Assembly: GCF_009914755.1 (NCBI RefSeq)
Contig: NC_060932.1
DNA: 64,000 nucleotides
Strand: one strand, 5' to 3'
From: the human T2T-CHM13v2.0 reference genome, Homo sapiens
This document shows positions 55,026 to 64,000 of the stretch, piece by piece. Position numbers and translations under genes: made by a program. The notes beneath the pieces are model-generated. The model was not told the origin of the DNA and searched no databases. It saw only the letters and a program-made list of their open reading frames with translations. Position 1 is the first letter of the stretch, and each line of letters starts with the position of its first letter.

Positions 55026-56129
55026 CAAAGCATCTGTCTCAGTTTGTTGTCCTCATCACTTGATTATTTGTGAGGTGATTTGTGCCTCAGACAGCCTTAA
55101 TCCTGATGTCTTAGAGAATCCATAGCCAGATAAAAAAGACATGAGGCTGGAGGTCATGACCCCTTAGGCTTGAATTTCAATGTTGCCAGTGACTATAATA
55201 GCTACAAGATCTTGGGCAGGGCATTTAGCCTCTCTGGGCCTCAGGTTCTTTATCTGCAAAATGGACATGCTAATAACTGTCCTGCCTACCTCAAAGAATT
55301 GCTATAAGAGTTACTCCTTTAGAACAAGGACTGAACTTCTTTCTTTTGTACCTGTGTGAAATTCAGGCCAGCACCAATGCAAGAATAAACTAATACTTGT
55401 TGATTATTAGTAGTGCATACTTGTTGATTATTTGCAACATGAAATAATGGGGGAAACCTCTTAGGCAAAGCCTCAGAAATGATAGACTGGCACTAGGTTT
55501 TCCATAACACACTGATATCTTGTGCAGATTTGCCATCTGGACTCTGCTGCTCTGAGGTTTTCTACAAGAAGGAGGCAGAGCCTGCTCACTTTGGGACGTG
55601 CCCTTGAATATGTCCCTTTGTGGATGTGTGGAACGCTGAGATGAACGTTCTACACAGGCACTCGCCCCTTGTCAGCCAAGTTTTAACTATCCAGCTCTTC
55701 TCTTTGGGTGATGTCATGTTTATCATAGCAACAACTAACTCTTTGGTGTGAGCCATGTAGAAGAGTTCGTTTAATTCTCACCACAGCCCTATTATTACCC
55801 CCTCAATTTTACAGATGCGAGTTTGTCTTAGGTGACCTGCCCCCATCTCACAGCTGAGAGGTGGCAGAGTCAGGCTGGAACTCAGGTCCTTCTGGCACCA
55901 CAGTGTCAGTCCTGTCACCTGTGCTGGACATGCCTTATGTGCAGTGTGATCCCTGAGGTGGGCTCTCTGTGGGTTTTGGCCACTCAGCAAGATTGCTTAA
56001 GATGGCCAGTTTTGTGTTTTAGCTTCCCACAAGTCTCAAGGCTTCCTAAAGTGAGCTGTGCTAGAGAGACTGCAGGTAGCTGTGCAATATCCTTAGAGAG
56101 TCTAGGAAGCTTCATCATTTGCTTATTTA

Positions 56130-56960
<831 letters not shown>

Positions 56961-57096
56961 TATTTATTTTTATATCATTGTTTTCTAGAAGCCAAATATG
57001 GTGATAGAGACTCTCATCAAGGACACTGAGTAAACCAGAAACCTGCTTGGGCTCACGTTCCTTGTCTGTAAGTTGGGTCTGGGAAGAGCAGCACAG

Positions 57097-57186
57097 AGTG
57101 TGTGAGTGTGTGTACATGCGCTTGTGTGTGTGCAGGTGTGTTTGTGTGTGTGCATGTATGTGAGTGCACGTGTGTGTGTGTGTGTG
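57097..57186. repeat. Imperfect (TG)n
   Basis: Seen directly. Confidence 0.9.
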
Positions 57187-57794
57187 CAGAGGACAGGTGT
57201 ATGTCTTTCTGTATGCCTGGCTAGGTGAGGGCGGAGAGAGGGTGCTAGTCAGGAGAACAGCTGTAGAGGCACTCATGACAGAAGGTAACTCTTGGAGGAA
57301 AGAGTGATGAATTGTTGACCCCCCCTCCTCCTCTCCTGCTCCTTTTTGCTGAGCTAGCAAAAGATACAGGAGAGGAGAATTTAAAGCAATTTAAGCTCAG
57401 GCCTCAGCTTGGCCCTGTGACTTGGTAAGTGAATGTGGAATCACCCATCAGTGGGTCAGCCAACATGGACAGACTTCCTATTGCCCCATGGCCCTATTCC
57501 AGTAGTAGCCTGCAATGCCCCCTGAATCTGTAGAGTGTAATGCTGCTGCCTTACACCTCATGTGGAGATCCAGGACAATGTAACCGTTCCATCTTTCACT
57601 GTCCATCATGTTTCAGGATTACAGACATCTCCGGCTCTTGTGGGAGTGATCTTAATTTGGCCAAAATCATTTGGATTCTTCAAATGCAGTTTGGCAGAGT
57701 GGAAAGGGGAAAGCTATAAGTTGGGATAGACATGATTCAAGCCCTGGACTAATTACTTATTAGGTGCATGACCTTCAGCAGGCCCCTTACCCTC

Positions 57795-60429
57795 TGTGTT
57801 AGTCCATTCTCACACTGCTATGAAGAAATATCTTAGACTGGGTGATTTATAAAGAAAAGAGCTTTAATTGGGTATTAGATATGCAGGCTGTACAGGAGGC
57901 ATGGCAGTGTCAGCTTCAGGGGAGGCCTCAGGAAGCTTACAGTCATGATGGCGGCAAAGAAGGAGCCAGCAGTTCACATGTCCAGAGCAGGAGGAGGAGA
58001 GAGAGGAGGGAGGTGCTGCACACTTTTAAACAACCAGATCTCAGGATAAATCACTCACCATCATGAGAACAGTACTAAGGGGAGGGTACTAAACCACTCA
58101 TGAAGGATCCATCCCCATGATCCAATCACCTCCCACCAGGCTTGATATGGTTTGGATTTGTATCTCTCTCCAAATCTCATTTTGAATTGAAATCCCCAGT
58201 GTTGGAGGAGGGGGCGTGGTGGGAGGTCATTGATTCATGGGGGTGGATTTCCCTCTTGCTGTTCTCATGATAGTGAATGAGTTATCATACGATCTGGTTG
58301 TTTAAAAGTGTGTGGCACCTCCCCCTTCCCTCTCTTTCTTCTCTGGCCACCTAAGATGTGCCTGCTTCCCCTTCATCTTTTGCCATAATTGAAGTTTTTC
58401 CAAGGCCTCCCCAGCCATGCTTTCTGCACAGCCTGTGGAACTGTGAGTCAATTAGACCTCTTTTCTTTATAAATTGCCCAATCTCAGGTAGTTTTTTATA
58501 ACAATATGAGAATAAACTAATACAGAAAATTGGTACCTAGGAATGGGGCATTGCTATAAAGATAGCTGAAAATGTGGAAGCAACTTTGGAACTGTGTAAT
58601 GGGCAGAAGTTGGAACAGTTTGGAGGCCTCAGAAGAAGACAGGAAGATGAGAGAAAATTTGGAACTTCCTAGAAACTTGTTAAATTGTCATGACCAAAGT
58701 GCCGACAATAATATGCACAATGATGCCCAGGCTGAGGAGGTCTCAGATGAAGATGAGGAACTTATTGGGAAGTGGAGCCAAGGTCACTTTTGTTATGCAT
58801 GAGTAAAGAGATAATCTGAAACTGGAACATATATTTAAAAGGAAAGCAGAGTGTGAATGTTGGAAAAATTTGCAGCCTGACCATGTGGTAGAAAAGAAAA
58901 ACCCATTTTCTCCGGAGTAATTCAAGCTGGCTGCAGAAATTTACATGAGTAAAGAGGAGCCAAATGTTGATAGCCAAGTTAATGGGGAAAATGCCCCAAA
59001 GGCATTTCATACAACTTTGAGGCAGCCCTTCCCATTGTAGACCTGGAGGCCTAGGAAAGTGAAATGGTTTTGGGGGCCAAGCCCCGGGTCCCACTGCTCT
59101 GTGCAGCTTTGGGACTTGGTGCCCTGCATCATGGGCACTCCAGCTCCAGCCGTGGCTAAAAAGCTCAGCCTGTCACTTCAGAGGGTGCAAGCCATAAGCC
59201 TTGGCAGCTTTCATGTGGTGTTAAGCTTGTGGGTGTTCTAAGTGTAAGAGTTGAAGCTTGGGAGCCTCTGCCCAGATTTCAGAGGGTGTATGAAAACACC
59301 TGTGTATCCAGAAAGAACTCTGCTACGAGGGGCAGAACCCTCGTGGAGAACCTCTACTAGGGCAACGGGGAGGGTGAATGTGGGGTTGCAGTCCACACAA
59401 AGAAACCCCACTGGGGCACTGCCTAGTAAAACTGTGAGAAGAGGGCCACCATCCTCCAGACCCCAGAATTGTAGATCCATCAGCAGCTTGCACCATGCAC
59501 CTGGAAAAGATGCAGGCACTAAACACCAGGACTTGAGAGCAGCTGCAAGGGCTGTACCCTACAGAGCCACAGGACCAGAGCTGCTCAAGACCTTCGGAGC
59601 CCACCCCTTGCATCAGTGTGGCCTGGATGTGAGATATAGAGTCAAAGGAAATTATTTTGGAGCTTTAAGGTGTAATAACTGCCCTGCTGGGTTTTGAACT
59701 TGCATGGAGCCTGTAGCCCCTTTATTTTGGCCAATTTCTCCCTTTTGGAATGAGAGTATTTAGCCAATGCTTGTACCCCCATTGTAACTTGGAAGTAACT
59801 AACTGGTTTTGAGTTTACAGGCTCATAGGCAGAAAGAACTTTCCTTGCCTCAGATGAAACTTTGAATTTGGACTTTTGAGTTAATGCTGGGATGAGTTAA
59901 GACTTTGGGGGACTGTTGGGAAGGCATGATTATATTTTGAAATGTGAGAAGGACATGAGATTTGGGAGGGGCCAGAGGTGGAATGATATGGTTTGGATTT
60001 GAGTCCCTGCCCAAATCTCATGTCAAATTGTAAACCCGTGTGTCAGTGGAGGGACCTGGTGGGAGGTGATTGGATCATGGGGGCAGATTTCCCCCTTGCT
60101 GTTTTCCTGATAGTGAGGGAGTTATCATGAGATCTGGTTGTTTTAAAGTGTGTAGCACCTCCCCCTGCTCCCTCTTCCTCCTTCTCTGGCTATGTAAGAC
60201 GTGCCTGCTTCCTCTGCCCCTGTAAGTTTTCTGAGGCCTCCCCAGCCATGCTTCATGTACAGCCTATGGAACAGTGAGTCAATTAAACTTTTTTTCTTTA
60301 TAAATTACCCAGTCTCAGGCTGTTCTTTATAGCAATATGAGAACGGGTTAATACAAGGCCCCACCTCCAACAATGGCAATTACAATTCGACATGAGATTT
60401 GAGTGGGGACAGAAATCCAAACTATATCA
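57795..60429 (-). mobile_element. MST-type solo LTR (pieces 57795-58142 and 60356-60429), host of a nested provirus and itself inside a MIR
   Basis: tgtgttagtccattctcacactgctatgaag...cacctcccaccagg | ccccacctccaaca...ccaaactatatca; flanks ccctc/ctctc. Confidence 0.85.
58143..60355 (+). mobile_element. Complete MSTA-like MaLR element (LTR 58143-58524, internal, LTR 59984-60355)
   Basis: Two tgatatggtttggatttg...taataca LTRs; polypurine tract before the 3' LTR; 5-bp flanks aggct/aggcc. Confidence 0.92.
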
Positions 60430-63020
60430 CTCTCTTTAAGCCTATTTGTTTTTGTCAAATAAGGATAATGATTCTTACTTGGTGGGGTTGTTGAGTGCAC
60501 CAGAGGACAAGCACTAAGTGGCTGTAGGGTTGACAGTCAATGAATGGTCACTGGTTATGTAGAAGATTGCTGAGTGACCTGCTTAAGACACACCTGACTC
60601 TCTTCAGTCAGTCTCACCTGACCCGTAGATAGAAGGCAGGAAATAAGGAGGCTTATTCTGCTGTTTGATGGATGCATCTCTTCCATAAATGACCCTTCTG
60701 CTACATCTCCATAAACTCGTGGGTCTCCAGGGGACTCTGAATTTTAACCTGATGAGTTTTAGTAAGTTTTATTGTATGTCTGAGCCACAGTCACTTCTTT
60801 ACAAATATTTATCCACAACATACTAATCTATTTTCTAGGCCTGCCTCTCTGATTGGTGTAGAGAAGGGAAAGTATTTGATAGTTGTATGTGAGGCAACCA
60901 CTCTTCATAGACATATCTGAGATTGGCTCAAGGGTCTACAGAGGTGAATTTTATTTTTGATCTTGCTGCTGCTATTTCACTGCGTAAACTTAGGAAAGTC
61001 ACACAACCTTTGATTCATAGTTTCCTTTCATTGGTAAAATAAGGGAGTTAAATTAAGTGATTTTAAGACCCCTCACCAGACCTAACACTCTAGAAGAATA
61101 CACTATGACATGCAGGGGCAAGGTGTCCTCTTGCTACAAATACATACATCTGTTTTCCTCCCACAGAGGGTGGGGATACACATGGCTTTCTCTACACATA
61201 GTATGAGATGTCATGGTCAACACCAGGAGAGGCGAGAGGCATTTTATGCAGAACTGGGCTAAGTGTGGAACAAGGTCACAGGGTTGGGAAACCTTTTTTC
61301 CTTCATATTGGCAGAGTATAAGTGGCTATATCACTTCCTTTGTTTTTAATTTTTATTAAGGAAATTTTAAACATATACAAATGTGGAGAGAACAGTACAA
61401 TGAATGTCAAATACTCACTACCAAACTTGAACAGTTATTAACATTTTTCCAACTTGTCTCTTGTCCATCTTGTCTTCCATTTCTCCTCCTCCTCCAACAC
61501 ACTTTATTTTTATTCCATTTTATTTCCTTTTATTTTATTGTATGGCAAATTTCAGGCACTTTATCAGTCCACCTATAATTCAGGATTTATCTCCAATAAA
61601 AGTACATTACATAATATATGTCTGTTATATAATATATACTTTATACAACAAAATAAGCCCAGTATATATACATTATATAATGTTACATATATTACATAAC
61701 TCTAAGGTCATTATTACACCTAACAAATTTAACAGTGTCATTTATATGCAGTCCATATTCCGACTTCATTGGGGGCATTTTTAAAACTGTCCAAATTGTA
61801 AAGAATTGGTTGGCCTATCAAATCATTCGTTCATTCATTCATTCATTCATCTATTCAACTGACACTATGACATCCTTAATGTGGCCAGGTCTCATAGGAG
61901 CTACTGTTGCATAGGGCAGACAAACAAGTTCACAAATGAAAAATAGTGAGATAAATGCAGAGTAGTTTGGTACAAAGTGTGACTATGTCACAAAGAAGGT
62001 CACAATCAATTCTGCAGGAGGTGGGAGGGTAATAGAGGAGTTCATGCAGGATAAGGATCTTGGGTTGAATTTTGAAGGCTGACTAGGTGTTGGCAGCAGG
62101 CTATAGAGGAAGGATGCACCACAGAGAAAGTGTGAGAAACATGCCAGGACTTCGTACCAGGAAATATCATCAGGAAATATCTCCTTAACTAATAGGAGTG
62201 CCAGGTGCTCTTCTGGGTCAGTGAACAAAATAGACAAAAATCCCTAACCTGGTTGAGCTTATGTTCTTTGGGGGAGGACTAGCAATAATAAATGAATACA
62301 TACAGCATGTCAAAAATAAGGGCTACACAAAAGAAAAACACAACAAAAAAAAGGGAACGTGATTAAGAGTGCTAGGGCTGTGGTGGTTCACAAGTTAACA
62401 TAGGATGGTTGTCATGGTAAGGTGGTAGGAAATGGCCAAATGCTCACAGTTCCCCTTTTTTCTTCTTTTGCATACAAGAAGATCATGTTGCTCAGCCTTT
62501 TCTGCAGTTAGACTTGGACAATCTGACTGGGTTCTGGTCCATAGAAAATAGTTGGAAGTGATGCATGCCACTTCCAGGCCTGGTCATCATGCCCTGAGTG
62601 GCCATCCATGTTCTTTCTCCTTCTTCCACCATGACCTTGGCAGTCATGTGCTGGAAGTGAGATGAAAGAGCCCATATCTTTGAGTCACCAATTAAAAACT
62701 GCATTAAAAAACTCTGAGTGTAAAACTAATATACATACTGAAGTTGCTGTCTACTCTCCTACCAATACCTTGTCCACTCTATGACCCACTTTCTACCTTT
62801 TCTTCTACTATGTGTGTGTGTTTAAGGAGTTAGTGTGTTTAATATATAAAGAACTCATAAAAATCAACTAGAAAAATATTAACTCTGTAAGAAAAAATGA
62901 GCAAAGGACTTACAAAGTAAAGCTACTTACAGAAATAAATAAATAAATAAAAACTCTATGTTCTACAGTTTCAAGTGAATAGAATCATAGAAGCCAAAAA
63001 TAAGCATATAGAAAAATTAA

Positions 63021-63378
<358 letters not shown>

Positions 63379-63535
63379 CAATCTGGCTCTGTCTTTAAAA
63401 TTAATATGTGCAGTGTTGCTGAGGACATCGTGAAATGGTTTTTACACACTGCTGACAAAAGCATACATTGATACAACCTTTCTGGAAGACAATTTAGCAA
63501 TATTTTCTATTATTTCAGAGCCTTAAAAATGTTTC

Positions 63536-63840
63536 TCCCAGGTGCAGTGGCTCATGCCTGTAATCCTAGTGCTTTAGGAGGCCACAGTGGGAGGATCATT
63601 TGAACGCGGGAATTTGAGATCAGTTTGGACAACATGATGACCCCCGTCTCTTCAAAGAAAAAAAAATTAGCCAGGCATGGCAGCCTGCACCTGTAGTCCC
63701 AACTACTCAGGAGGCTGAGATAGGAGGATCACTTGAGCCCAGGAATTTGAGGTTGCAGTGAGCTATGCTTATGCCACTGCACTCCAGACTGGGCAACAGA
63801 GCAAGGCCTTATCTCAACAAACAAACAAACAACAACAAAA
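63536..63840 (+). mobile_element. AluJ
   Basis: Dimer with (AAAC)n tail. Confidence 0.88.
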
Positions 63841-64000
63841 CCTGTTTCTGCCTTTGATCTCATGGATAACACTTTCAGGAATTCAAATCAGCAGTGGTGG
63901 ATTCAACAACCTATGCATATAACAAAAGATTTTCAAAACTTCCTTAAGAACTGGAAATACCTTTATACTTTTTGCTGAGATAAACGAAATTCATTTTTCC

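Overview
Primate (Alu/L1PA-bearing, probably human or ape) genomic DNA. I find no intact protein-coding gene, tRNA, rRNA or CRISPR array, and almost all ORF-track entries come from repeats. Bases 1-11.5 kb are an AT-rich, scrambled ANKRD26/ANKRD30-family pseudogene relic. It contains a greatly expanded 33-bp exon minisatellite (11-aa CLAEETSDKIA-type units), three co-amplified MER50-like LTRs, a second 30-bp minisatellite and two dead copies of exon 1. This block ends abruptly inside a MaLR internal sequence at about 11497. Bases 14-27 kb are LINE-1 rich: a full-length L1PA sits antiparallel in another L1PA, with apparent target-site deletion. Bases 28-64 kb are ordinary Alu/MIR/old-L1-rich intergenic DNA with a bipartite CTCF site, an unrelated 33-bp VNTR and a triply nested MIR/MST-LTR/MSTA provirus. 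Family names come from my recollection of consensus sequences, not from a search. The most unusual signals are structural: the ANKRD-derived higher-order array, a 41-bp templated patch and a split inverted duplication. I see no evidence of a new functional gene system.
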